The translations under genes and the position numbers were made by a program. The notes beneath the pieces are model-generated. The model was not told where the DNA came from. It was given only the letters and a program-made list of their open reading frames with translations, and ran no database searches. A DNA stretch of 64,000 nt from an uncultured Halieaceae bacterium (GTDB taxonomy: Bacteria > Pseudomonadota > Gammaproteobacteria > Pseudomonadales > Halieaceae). Shown here in pieces: positions 1 through 8,928 of the stretch. Where the stretch lies: positions 207,797 through 271,796 of the forward strand of contig CAXIDF010000002.1 of assembly GCA_964022665.1 (NCBI GenBank), given 5' to 3'. The stretch's first letter is position 1. The number at the start of each line of letters is the position of its first letter.

Positions 1-282
1 CTTGGGCAGGCAAACCGTGTCCAGTCCCGGCGCCGCTGCCAGCGCCTGCAGATCATCGCGGCCCCACGGCGTTGACAGGTCATTGCAGCGCACCACCAGC
101 TGCCGGGCGCCATAGCCACCGGCAGCAAGTTGCGCAATGACCTGAGCACGCGCCGAGGTTTTTGCGTCAGGCGCCACGGCGTCCTCGAGGTCAAATACAA
201 TGGCATCGGCGGGCAAACCGCGCGCCTTATCCATGGCCCGCAAATTTGAGGCAGGCATATACAGCGCCGAGCGCGGTGTCAT
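1..282 (-). CDS. HpcH/HpaI aldolase / citrate-lyase beta (CitE)-like lyase, N-terminal 94 codons only (gene runs off the left edge)
   Basis: Not in the ORF track because it is truncated. My reverse-strand translation from the ATG at 282 gives MTPRSALYMPASNLRAMDKARGLPADAIVFDLEDAVAPDAK..., the typical CitE/HpcH N-terminus with the DLEDAV motif. The frame stays open to base 1. It starts 2 nt after the stop of the upstream cytochrome c gene. Confidence 0.55.
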   Translation of the reverse strand, partial: MTPRSALYMPASNLRAMDKARGLPADAIVFDLEDAVAPDAKTSARAQVIAQLAAGGYGARQLVVRCNDLSTPWGRDDLQALAAAPGLDTVCLPK

Positions 283-284
283 TC

Positions 285-713
285 TCATTCTTGTGGCTGC
301 TCCTCTATGGGTGGACGCACGGATGCGCGCTTCAGGTAAGCGACAAGATCCGCACGCTGCTGGGGGTCGGGAATGCCGCGGGCCATCATCGTGGTGCCGG
401 GGAACATGGCCAACGGATCCGCCAGCCAGAGGTAGAGCAACTGTGGGGTCCACACGAACTCGGCATTGCGGAAGGTCTCCGAGTAGTAGTCAAAGCCGGA
501 TTGCTTGCCGGCCACCTGGCCAAAAATACGGTACAGGCTGGGTCCGTTGTTATGGCCGACCTCCGGCTCGGGATAATGGCAGGTACGGCACTGGCCAAAC
601 ACCAGCCGGCCGCGCTCGGCGTCACCCTCCGGCATCGCCGCCGGATCGGCTGGCACCTGCGCCCGCGCCGTTAATGCAGACAGCACAAGCAATAGCAGCG
701 CAAAACGCTTCAT
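285..713 (-). CDS. Periplasmic class I c-type cytochrome (monoheme, c2-like)
   Basis: Sec-type signal peptide MKRFALLLLVLSALTARA. Single heme-binding CxxCH motif (CRTCH). Conserved PGTTMM region that could supply the Met ligand. 4-nt overlap with the upstream flavoprotein gene. Confidence 0.8.
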   Translation of the reverse strand: MKRFALLLLVLSALTARAQVPADPAAMPEGDAERGRLVFGQCRTCHYPEPEVGHNNGPSLYRIFGQVAGKQSGFDYYSETFRNAEFVWTPQLLYLWLADPLAMFPGTTMMARGIPDPQQRADLVAYLKRASVRPPIEEQPQE

Positions 714-2233
714 CCTGATACCTCACTGGCCGCTGCAACGCCGGCACGACGGCCGAAGAACGTGCAGTCACCCACAGACAGGCCACTGGCGATGTAGGGT
801 GCCACCGGCAAGCCCGCCGTGGTGCGCCCGGCCGCGTACAAACCGGGGATTGGCTCACCGAAGCCGCTGATCACACGCGCGTCGATATCGGTGTGCAGGC
901 CGCCGAAGGTATGGGCGGTAAAGAAGGCGCGCTTGACCGAGAGGTCCCAGGCCTTGAACGGTGGCTTGTCCAGTGGGCGCAGATACTGCGCCTGTTTGTG
1001 GAACAGCGGATCCCGGCCGATATCGGCAAAGCGGTTGTAGTAGGCCACGGTATGCTGCAACGCCCCTTGGGGGAAGTCGGTGCGCGCCGCCAGATCGCCG
1101 ATGGTGGGTGCTTCAGCGACCGGCAGGAAGTTATCCTGGGGGTAGTCGAAACTGCTGCTGGCGTCAGTGATGAGCCAGGCCCGCCCCTCCTGCTGGTAAG
1201 CGATAGCATCGCCCAACACGCCGTAGTAGCTGTCCTCCGGGACAAAGCGCTGTGCGTTGGCGTTGACCACAATACCCGCCAGCGTGGACTCCGGGGGGTA
1301 AATGGGCGTGATGGCAAATCCCTCGTGCATGTGCAGGGTCTCGCCACCCACGCCGGCGCCCATCAGAATGCCCTGACCCAGGTCCCCCGCATTACCCCAG
1401 GGCGCCGAACAGTCGAACAGCGCGGGGGCATGGCGCTGCACCATGTCCCGGTTGTGAATGAAGCCACCGCAGGCGAGTACCACGCCGCGCAAAGCGCGAA
1501 TATTGCGTGTTTCACCGCTCGCAACCACCTGCATGCCGGCCACGCGGCCGTCGGACTCCACAATCAGGCGCTGACCAGCGACGCCCGAGCGCATCGCCAC
1601 ACCGGCCGCCACCGTCTGTGCCAGCAGCGCCTCCATCAGGGTGCGGCCACCGGTCATGCCGGGCGTACCAGGCACGTGGCCGCGAGGCACCGGGCGCGCA
1701 TTCTCCCGCGCCGGCCAGGCCAGCTCGTTCCCGGAGTAGTACAACGACTCATCGCCCAGGGTGAGTTCCTTCACCGCTGTGAAGCGGTCGTTATAGGGCA
1801 CTCCCATCGCGACCAGCCAATCGAAATGCGCCACGCTCTCTTCGCAATAGAGCTGTATCTTCGCCAGCTGGGGGTGGCGGCCGCTGTTGCCGGCGATAAA
1901 GCGGTACATCTCTTCCACGCTGTCCTCAAAGCCCGCGGCCTTCTGCAGGGCGGTGCCGCCACCGGCGTATACTACGCCCCCTGACATGGCCGAAGACCCG
2001 CCGAATTTCGGCAACGCTTCGATGAGGAGCACCCGCGCGCCCATGCGGCGGGCCTCAATGGCGGCACTGCAGGCCGCCGAGCCAGAGCCTGCTACCAATA
2101 CATCCGTGGTTTCGTCCCAGCTGCCCGCCTCACGCGGGCTCAGCGCTGCAGCGGGCCCCGCTGCCAGGAGGCCCACCGAACCCGCAGCCAGGCCGGCAAG
2201 CAGTTCGCGGCGACGCCAGCGTGATGCACTCAT
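710..2233 (-). CDS. Tat-exported FAD-dependent oxidoreductase (soluble fumarate reductase / 3-ketosteroid dehydrogenase-like flavoprotein)
   Basis: Twin-arginine signal SRWRRRELLAGLAAGSVGLLAAGPAAA. N-terminal dinucleotide fold DVLVAGSGSAACSAAIEA. C-terminal GLYAAG motif typical of the FAD_binding_2 family. 507 aa. Confidence 0.8.
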   Translation of the reverse strand: MSASRWRRRELLAGLAAGSVGLLAAGPAAALSPREAGSWDETTDVLVAGSGSAACSAAIEARRMGARVLLIEALPKFGGSSAMSGGVVYAGGGTALQKAAGFEDSVEEMYRFIAGNSGRHPQLAKIQLYCEESVAHFDWLVAMGVPYNDRFTAVKELTLGDESLYYSGNELAWPARENARPVPRGHVPGTPGMTGGRTLMEALLAQTVAAGVAMRSGVAGQRLIVESDGRVAGMQVVASGETRNIRALRGVVLACGGFIHNRDMVQRHAPALFDCSAPWGNAGDLGQGILMGAGVGGETLHMHEGFAITPIYPPESTLAGIVVNANAQRFVPEDSYYGVLGDAIAYQQEGRAWLITDASSSFDYPQDNFLPVAEAPTIGDLAARTDFPQGALQHTVAYYNRFADIGRDPLFHKQAQYLRPLDKPPFKAWDLSVKRAFFTAHTFGGLHTDIDARVISGFGEPIPGLYAAGRTTAGLPVAPYIASGLSVGDCTFFGRRAGVAAASEVSG

Positions 2234-2940
2234 TCAGCCACCTCGCGGATATACTCCAGCTGGTTTTCTATCATGTAGGTGCGATGGCGCGGCCCACTTA
2301 CTGACTCCGACACGCTCTCGTATCCGGCGTCGTCCTCGTACAAAAAGCACACACCGCCCTCTAGCAGGATCATGCGCGGTGCATAGCGCCGGGGCCTGCG
2401 CTTACGCAGCGCGTGCTGCGCGGAAACACAGTCGGCAAATTCAGCCAGATCGACAAGGCTGACAAACGTGGGGGGCATAAGGCGAAACGGGCTGGCGGTA
2501 TCCCGTATCTCTGCGAAAGCGTCCGCCGGACGTACCCAGCGGTGCGCAGAGATCTCACCACCGTCTACCGTGATTTCCTGATCGGCCGGCAACACAGCGA
2601 GAAAGAACCAGGTGCTGTAGCGACGGCGGGCACCTTCGGGGGTGGTCCAGTGCGACAGGAAGTGCAGCTGCTCTGGCTGTATGCATACGCCCGCTTCCTC
2701 TTGCGTTTCCCGCATCGCCGCCTCCAACGCGGCACGATCGTGGTCTCCCGGCACCCGGTAGTCCGCCGGATCGATGCGACCACCCGGAAACACCCACTCC
2801 CCGCCCATGTGCTTCAGGGCCACATTGCGCTGCAGCAGCAGCACTTCAAGCCCTGTTGGGCCGTCGCGCACCGGCACCACAGTCGCTGAGGGCACGATCG
2901 GCACCTCGCCAGTACCCATCTCCAACATGCTGCGACTCAA
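2230..2940 (-). CDS. NUDIX hydrolase
   Basis: Nudix box readable: GGEWVFPGGRIDP...ALEAAMRETQEEAGV. 4-nt overlaps with both neighbours. Confidence 0.8.
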   Translation of the reverse strand: MSRSMLEMGTGEVPIVPSATVVPVRDGPTGLEVLLLQRNVALKHMGGEWVFPGGRIDPADYRVPGDHDRAALEAAMRETQEEAGVCIQPEQLHFLSHWTTPEGARRRYSTWFFLAVLPADQEITVDGGEISAHRWVRPADAFAEIRDTASPFRLMPPTFVSLVDLAEFADCVSAQHALRKRRPRRYAPRMILLEGGVCFLYEDDAGYESVSESVSGPRHRTYMIENQLEYIREVAE

Positions 2941-3392
2941 GGAAAGAAACGGCTGATGGTGTCGATGACACAGGCGGGACGATCACTGCCCTCCACCTCG
3001 ATGGTCACTCTCACCACGACCTGCACACCGCCCTTCACTTCCTCCGCAGCAAGAATTTCACCGCACCCCCGCACCCGGCTGCCGACGGGTACCGGCGCCG
3101 GGAAGCGCACCTTGTCACAGCCGTAATTCACACCCATGGACACGTTGTTCACCTGCAGCAGCTGCGGCAGAAACAGGTTCGCCAGCGACAGGGTGAGGTA
3201 ACCGTGGGCGATGGTCTTGCCAAAGGGGCCTGTGGCCGCGCGCTCGGGATCGACGTGAATCCACTGGTGGTCGCCGGTTGCCTCGGCAAACAGATCGATA
3301 CGCTCCTGCTCGATCTGCAACCAGTCAGTGCAGCCCAGCGCTGTTCCTTCGGTGCCCAGCAACGCAGCGGGGTTTTCAAATACTGTGGTCAT
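2937..3392 (-). CDS. MaoC-family (hot-dog fold) dehydratase / R-specific enoyl-CoA hydratase-like
   Basis: Hydratase-2 motif region FAEATGDHQWIHVDPERA followed by TIAHGYLTLSL. 151 aa, the typical size. Confidence 0.8.
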   Translation of the reverse strand: MTTVFENPAALLGTEGTALGCTDWLQIEQERIDLFAEATGDHQWIHVDPERAATGPFGKTIAHGYLTLSLANLFLPQLLQVNNVSMGVNYGCDKVRFPAPVPVGSRVRGCGEILAAEEVKGGVQVVVRVTIEVEGSDRPACVIDTISRFFP

Positions 3393-3571
3393 GCGGCCTT
3401 TCCTGTGACAAAAAACATGTAACGGGGACTATAACACCGGCGGCGCGGGCCGACAGCGACCGTGGTTTAACGTTTCCCACCACCCAGGGGCCCCGCACCC
3501 AGGACCAGCCGGCCTGCAGGGTCGGCGGTATTGCGGTATATTGACGGCACTCACACACAGGAGGCCAGAAC

Positions 3572-4390
3572 ATGCTTGAGAATCTCGACCTGAACGAGCT
3601 GCTACAGCTCTACGTTATCCCCTGGGGCACGCGCATCATTTTCGCCATCGTCATATTTTATGTGGGCCGCATAGTGGTGGCGGCCGTTTCGCGCTGGGTC
3701 GAGAAATTCATGCATGCAAGGCGCATGGATGAAGTGCTGGTCAAGTTTCTCACCGCCATCCTGCACTGGGTTCTGTTGCTGTTTGTCATCATCGCGGCGC
3801 TCAGCAAGCTAGGTATTGATACCACATCGATGGTCGCTCTGCTCGGTGCGGCGGGCCTGGCCATCGGCCTGTCCCTGCAAGGGTCGCTCGCTAACCTGGC
3901 AGCAGGTGTGCTGCTGATCCTCTTCCGCCCTTTTACCAAGGGCAATTTCGTGGAAGCGGGTGGTGCCATGGGCACGGTGGAGAACATCAGCATTTTCACC
4001 ACCACGCTCACCACGCCGGACAACAAGGAAATCATCGTGCCCAACAGCGCGGTGCTGGGCAACAACATCACCAACTTCTCTGCGCGCCCCACGCGCCGGG
4101 TCGACCTGGTCTTCGGCGTTTCCTACGGCGACGACTTGCGCAAGGCGAAGCAATTGCTGGAAGAAATCATTGCGGCGGACGAGCGCGTGCTCAGCGACCC
4201 GGCTCCCACCATCGTGGTCGGCGAGTTGGCCGACTCCAGCGTGAACTTCCTGGTGCGCCCCTGGGTAAAGTCGGAGGACTATTGGGCCGTTTTCTGGGAT
4301 ACCACAGAAGCAGTCAAGCTGAAGTTCGACGACGCCGGTATCACCATCCCGTTCCCGCAGATGGAGGTACACACGCCGCAGCAGGATTGA
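3572..4390 (+). CDS. mscS: Small-conductance mechanosensitive channel (MscS family)
   Basis: Three N-terminal TM helices, then the conserved MscS beta-domain GTVENISIFTTTLTTPDNKEIIVPNSAVLGNNITNFS. AGGAGG RBS precedes the ATG. Confidence 0.85.
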   Translation: MLENLDLNELLQLYVIPWGTRIIFAIVIFYVGRIVVAAVSRWVEKFMHARRMDEVLVKFLTAILHWVLLLFVIIAALSKLGIDTTSMVALLGAAGLAIGLSLQGSLANLAAGVLLILFRPFTKGNFVEAGGAMGTVENISIFTTTLTTPDNKEIIVPNSAVLGNNITNFSARPTRRVDLVFGVSYGDDLRKAKQLLEEIIAADERVLSDPAPTIVVGELADSSVNFLVRPWVKSEDYWAVFWDTTEAVKLKFDDAGITIPFPQMEVHTPQQD

Positions 4391-4464
4391 CGCAAGCGAG
4401 TGTATTAACAGTATTTCACAGCCTGTAGCGGTGCCTATGTGATATAAAGGCCGCTTCGTGCCCC

Positions 4465-4497
4465 CTCTGGTTGCTCGCCTGTGGCGGGCAACCAGAG
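4465..4497 (+). terminator. Strong 15-bp stem-loop between mscS and the RND adaptor gene (possible terminator or translational element)
   Basis: CTCTGGTTGCTCGCC-TGT-GGCGGGCAACCAGAG, with one G-U pair. There is no clear U-tract. The GTG start proposed for the next ORF (4481) lies in the loop. Confidence 0.35.
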
Positions 4498-5794
4498 CAT
4501 CAGAACGGTAAAACATGTGTCCACTGTGAAGCGTCAATTCGTTGTTGCCTGCGTGCTATTGCTGGCAGCAGCCCTCATCACCGCACTGCTATACACGATG
4601 CGGCCAGACACTGAAATCAGCGAACCGGTCTACGTGCCGATTACCGTAGACGTGGTTGTGGCGGAAAAAGAAACCATCCGCATCCCCATGCAGGCGCAGG
4701 GCACTGTGTCCCCGCTGCAGCAAACCACCCTGCTGGCTGAAGTGCAGGGACGCATTGTGGCGGTGTCGGAGGCCTTCAACGTTGGCGGTTTCGTCAATCA
4801 GGGAGATGTGCTGCTGCGCATCGACCCGCGAGACTACCAGGCGCGTCTGGCGCGGGCCGAGGCGGCATTGCGTTCCGCGGAAAGCGAGCAGCTGCAGGAG
4901 CGTGGTCGCGCCGACGTGGCCAGGCGGGAGTGGGAAAAACTGCCAGCGGGCAGCCAGCGCACCGACGAGGCGCGTGACCTCTACCTGCGCAAGCCACAAC
5001 TGGCCCAGGTTGAAGGACAGCTGCTGGCTGCCCGCGCCGACCTGCAAACCGCGCAGGATGATCTTGACAGAACCATCGTACGCGCCCCCTACAGGGCGTT
5101 GATCGGTGCCAAACACGCCGAGGTGGGGCAGTTCGTGACGCCCGGCACCCAACTCGCAGAGGTGTTCTCGGTAGAGCTCGCGGAAGTGCGCCTGCCTATC
5201 CCGCAAACGCGCTTGCCCTACCTCGACTTGCCCGGTGTGGGCTCCGGCAAGGCCGGCGCTGCCATCGACCTGTACACTGACGTCAACGGCGATGTCACCC
5301 ACTGGCCCGCCACGCTACATCGCAGCGAGGGTGTCTTCGACGAACGCTCCAGGGCACTGTACGTGGTGGCGCGTGTCGAAGACCCCTACGGCCTGAGCAG
5401 CCCGGAGCCGCAGCCCCTGCGTATCGGTACTTTTGTGACGGCAAATATTGCTGGCCGGCCAATGCCCGGACTGGTTGCCCTGCCCCGCTATGTTGTGCGC
5501 GCGGGCGACAACGTAGCGGTAGTGGACGACAACAACCTGGTGCGTAACCGTGCGGTAACCACCCTGAACACCGGCGGTGATTTCGTCTATGTATCGGCCG
5601 GCCTGGAGAATGGCGACGAGGTGATACTTACCACACTCGACAGAACACTCACCGGCGCCGAAGTCAGCGTGGTCTCGCGCGTCAGCAGTCGCGAACTGCG
5701 CCAGCGCAACCAGGCCGATGGGCGCCAGGCCACCACTGGCGATATTGCCGCTGATGCCGCTACTGCAGTACCCGGTGAGGCACCCCCCGCATGA
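4481..5794 (+). CDS. RND efflux periplasmic adaptor (membrane fusion protein, HlyD family)
   Basis: N-terminal membrane anchor VVACVLLLAAALITALL. Coiled-coil hairpin region (ARLARAEAALRSAESEQLQ...LQTAQDDLDRT). 4-nt overlap with the RND permease gene. The start is uncertain: in-frame GTGs occur at 4481, 4517 and 4526. Confidence 0.85.
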   Translation: MAGNQSIRTVKHVSTVKRQFVVACVLLLAAALITALLYTMRPDTEISEPVYVPITVDVVVAEKETIRIPMQAQGTVSPLQQTTLLAEVQGRIVAVSEAFNVGGFVNQGDVLLRIDPRDYQARLARAEAALRSAESEQLQERGRADVARREWEKLPAGSQRTDEARDLYLRKPQLAQVEGQLLAARADLQTAQDDLDRTIVRAPYRALIGAKHAEVGQFVTPGTQLAEVFSVELAEVRLPIPQTRLPYLDLPGVGSGKAGAAIDLYTDVNGDVTHWPATLHRSEGVFDERSRALYVVARVEDPYGLSSPEPQPLRIGTFVTANIAGRPMPGLVALPRYVVRAGDNVAVVDDNNLVRNRAVTTLNTGGDFVYVSAGLENGDEVILTTLDRTLTGAEVSVVSRVSSRELRQRNQADGRQATTGDIAADAATAVPGEAPPA

Positions 5795-8700
5795 ACACGC
5801 ATCGCCAGGGCGGCGTTATCGCCTGGTTTGCCCACAACCCCGTTGCCGCCAACCTGCTTATGGCCATCATTCTGGTGGTCGGCCTGGGCTCCGCCTTCAA
5901 CATCCAGCGCTCGATCTTCCCCTCTTTCGACATCGAACTGATCTTCATCAACATGTCCTATCCCGGCGCCTCCCCGGAAGAAGTGGAACAGGGCATCGTG
6001 TTGAAAATCGAAGAGGCCATCAACGACCTGGACGGCATCAAGCGGGTAGAGTCCGACGCACTGGATTCACACGCACGGGTGATGGTGGAGCCCCAGGAAG
6101 GCATCGATATGAACGCCCTGCTGGGCGACATCAAGAACCGCATCGACGCTATCCAGCACTTTCCGGCCAACGCCGAGAAAGCCATCATCAGCCAGCCCGA
6201 GCTACAATTTCCTGCGCTGCAGTTACAGCTCTCCGGTGAGCTGGATGAACGCAGCATGAAAACCCTGGCAGAGGATATCCGCCGCGACCTGCTGACCTTG
6301 CCAGAGGTATCGGCGGCGGAAGTGGTTGGCGCGCGCGACTACGAAATCTCCATCGAAATTTCCGAGTCGCTGCTACGTGAATACCACCTGACCCTGAGCG
6401 ATGTGGCCGACGTGATTGCGCGCTCGTCGCTGGACCTGCCAGCCGGCTCCCTGCGCACACGGCAGGGCGATATTCTGCTGCGTACGCAGGGGCAGGCCTA
6501 CGTGCAGCAGGATTTCGAATCCATTGTGCTGCGCAGCTTCGCGGATGGCACCCGGCTCTTGCTCGGCGATATTGCAACCGTGCGTGACGGCTTCGTCGAG
6601 GACAGCGGCTTTGCACGCTTCAACGGCCGCTACTCCCTTGGCATTCAGGTGTTTGCCATGGGCAAGCAGGACATCCTCGACACAGCGAAAGCGACACGCG
6701 CCTGGGTTGAGCAGAAGCAGGGGCAGCTGCCCGCGGCGGCCAGTCTGGACATCTGGTCGGATATCACCTTCTACCTGGAAGGCCGCCTGGGCATGATGCT
6801 GAAAAACCTGGCCATGGGCGCACTGCTGGTGTTCATCGTGCTGGCGCTGTTTCTGGAAATCAAACTCGCGTTCTGGGTGATGCTGGGTATCCCCGTCTGC
6901 TTCCTCGGTGCCATGGCACTGATCAACACACCGTATATTCATGCCAGTCTCAACATGATCAGCCTGTTCGGCTTCATTCTGGTACTGGGCATTGTGGTGG
7001 ATGATGCCATCATCATGGGCGAAAGTGCCTACACCGAACAGGAGCGTCACGGCCACAGTATCCAGAGTGTGGTCAACGGCGTGAACAAGGTTGCCGTACC
7101 CGCCACCTTCGGCGTACTCACCACCATCGTCGCCTTCGCGCCCACGCTGTTCATGGAGGGTGTGTTTGCCGCATTCCCCGAAGCCTGTGGCTGGGTGGTT
7201 ATTCTCTGCCTGGTGTTCTCACTGGTGGAATCCAAGTGGATTCTGCCCGCCCACCTGGCGCACAGCACACCCACACGCAACCGTTTTCTGCTCGCCGTTG
7301 ACCGGCGTCAACAGAAGGTCAATCACGGCCTCAAGCGCTTTGTCGAACAGCGCTACAGCCCCCTGATGCAGCGCTGCATCCGCAACCGCTACGTTACCCT
7401 GGCCGCATTTATGGCGCTGCTGGTGCTGTGCAGCGGGCTGGTCGCGGGCGGGATTGTGCGCACGGTCATTGCCCCGGATGTACCCGGCGAGTTTATCTCC
7501 GTGCAGCTGGAAATGACCGAGGGTACCCCCGAGGAACGCACACTGGCGACCATTGAGCATATCGTGGCAGCGCTCGACTCGGTCGAGGCTGAACACCACG
7601 AGGCAACGGGCGGCAAGGAACACCTGGTCAATCATGTGTTCGCCTACGGCAGCGGCCGCACCATCGGTGGCGTGGATATCGAACTGACCAAGGAAGACCA
7701 GCGCAGCATTTCCACCCGAGAGGTGGAGCGTCGCTGGCGCGAGGCGGTAGGTGTGCTCCACGGTACCAAGGTGCTGTCCATAACCAGCGCCGATGGCCCG
7801 GGCTTTGGACCCGCGATCGCCTTTGACCTCATGCACCGGGATTTTTCCACGTTGCGCGCGGCGGCGGCAGAACTGGAATCAGCGATTCAACGCTACGACG
7901 GCGTGTATGACATACGCAATGGCGCCAGCGATACGGCAGATGAGTTCCACATTGAACTGCTGCCTGAAGGCGAGGCCCTGGGGTTGTCGCGCTACGCCGT
8001 GGCGAACCAGGTGCGCAGTGCTTTCTACGGCGCCGAGGCCCAGCGCATGCAGCGTGGCCTCGACGAAGTCAAGGTGATGGTACGCTACCCGCGGGCCGAC
8101 CGCGAAGCCGTCGACACACTGCAGGGGATGTATATCCGCACACCGGATGGCCAGGCAATCCCCTTCCAGACCGTCGCCACAATGGAGGTCAAGCAGGGCC
8201 TGCGCAAGGTCACGCACATCAACTACCAACGTGCCGCCGAGGTGACTGCTGAGGCCAACAAGGACCTGGTGGAGCCGGCGCGCATTGTCGCCGACCTGAA
8301 AAAGTCCGTACTGCCCAACCTGTTGCAGAAGTATCCCGGACTCAGCTATGCCGTTGCCGGCATGGCTGACGAGGAAAGCAAGATGGTAAACAGCATGCTG
8401 ATCGGCTTTGGTCTCGCCCTGTTTGGCATCTATGCATTGCTGGCCATTCCTACCCGATCCTACCTGCAGCCGTTGATCATCATGGGGGTGATACCGTTTG
8501 GCATGATCGGCGCTGTTGTCGGCCACTGGCTCACGGGCTACCCCCTGAGCATGATGTCACTAATGGGCGTGATTGCCCTGAGCGGCGTGGTGGTGAATGA
8601 CAGCCTGATTCTGGTCGACCACATCAACAATGCGATCAAGAGCGGTGTGGAACCTCTGCGCGCCGTGGTGGAGTCGGGCACGCAACGCTTCCGTGCCATT

Positions 8701-8922
8701 CTGCTCACCTCCCTGACCACGTTTTTCGGCCTCGCACCGATGCTGCTGGAGCGCAGTGCCCAGGCGCAGGAAATCGTGCCGATGGCGGTATCCCTGGCCT
8801 TCGGCATCGTGTTTGCCACGGTGATTACGCTGTTGCTGGTCCCCGCCCTTTATATGATCCTGCTGGACTTGAAGCACTGGCGCAGGCCCGTCACCGGAAA
8901 CGACCCCCTACCGGCGCAATAA
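5791..8922 (+). CDS. RND efflux permease (AcrB/AcrD/AcrF family)
   Basis: 1043 aa with the canonical N-terminus IAWFAHNPVAANLLM. Two large periplasmic loops and 12 predicted TM segments. Translationally coupled to the adaptor. Confidence 0.9.
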   Translation: MNTHRQGGVIAWFAHNPVAANLLMAIILVVGLGSAFNIQRSIFPSFDIELIFINMSYPGASPEEVEQGIVLKIEEAINDLDGIKRVESDALDSHARVMVEPQEGIDMNALLGDIKNRIDAIQHFPANAEKAIISQPELQFPALQLQLSGELDERSMKTLAEDIRRDLLTLPEVSAAEVVGARDYEISIEISESLLREYHLTLSDVADVIARSSLDLPAGSLRTRQGDILLRTQGQAYVQQDFESIVLRSFADGTRLLLGDIATVRDGFVEDSGFARFNGRYSLGIQVFAMGKQDILDTAKATRAWVEQKQGQLPAAASLDIWSDITFYLEGRLGMMLKNLAMGALLVFIVLALFLEIKLAFWVMLGIPVCFLGAMALINTPYIHASLNMISLFGFILVLGIVVDDAIIMGESAYTEQERHGHSIQSVVNGVNKVAVPATFGVLTTIVAFAPTLFMEGVFAAFPEACGWVVILCLVFSLVESKWILPAHLAHSTPTRNRFLLAVDRRQQKVNHGLKRFVEQRYSPLMQRCIRNRYVTLAAFMALLVLCSGLVAGGIVRTVIAPDVPGEFISVQLEMTEGTPEERTLATIEHIVAALDSVEAEHHEATGGKEHLVNHVFAYGSGRTIGGVDIELTKEDQRSISTREVERRWREAVGVLHGTKVLSITSADGPGFGPAIAFDLMHRDFSTLRAAAAELESAIQRYDGVYDIRNGASDTADEFHIELLPEGEALGLSRYAVANQVRSAFYGAEAQRMQRGLDEVKVMVRYPRADREAVDTLQGMYIRTPDGQAIPFQTVATMEVKQGLRKVTHINYQRAAEVTAEANKDLVEPARIVADLKKSVLPNLLQKYPGLSYAVAGMADEESKMVNSMLIGFGLALFGIYALLAIPTRSYLQPLIIMGVIPFGMIGAVVGHWLTGYPLSMMSLMGVIALSGVVVNDSLILVDHINNAIKSGVEPLRAVVESGTQRFRAILLTSLTTFFGLAPMLLERSAQAQEIVPMAVSLAFGIVFATVITLLLVPALYMILLDLKHWRRPVTGNDPLPAQ

Positions 8923-8928
8923 ACCCGG

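Noticed and set aside
893-1984. 363-aa ORF on the + strand opposite the flavoprotein gene
   Set aside because: It is an antisense shadow frame typical of high-GC DNA. The composition is Arg/Ala/Gly/His-rich with no recognisable motif. The opposite strand encodes a protein with clear FAD-binding and Tat-signal motifs.
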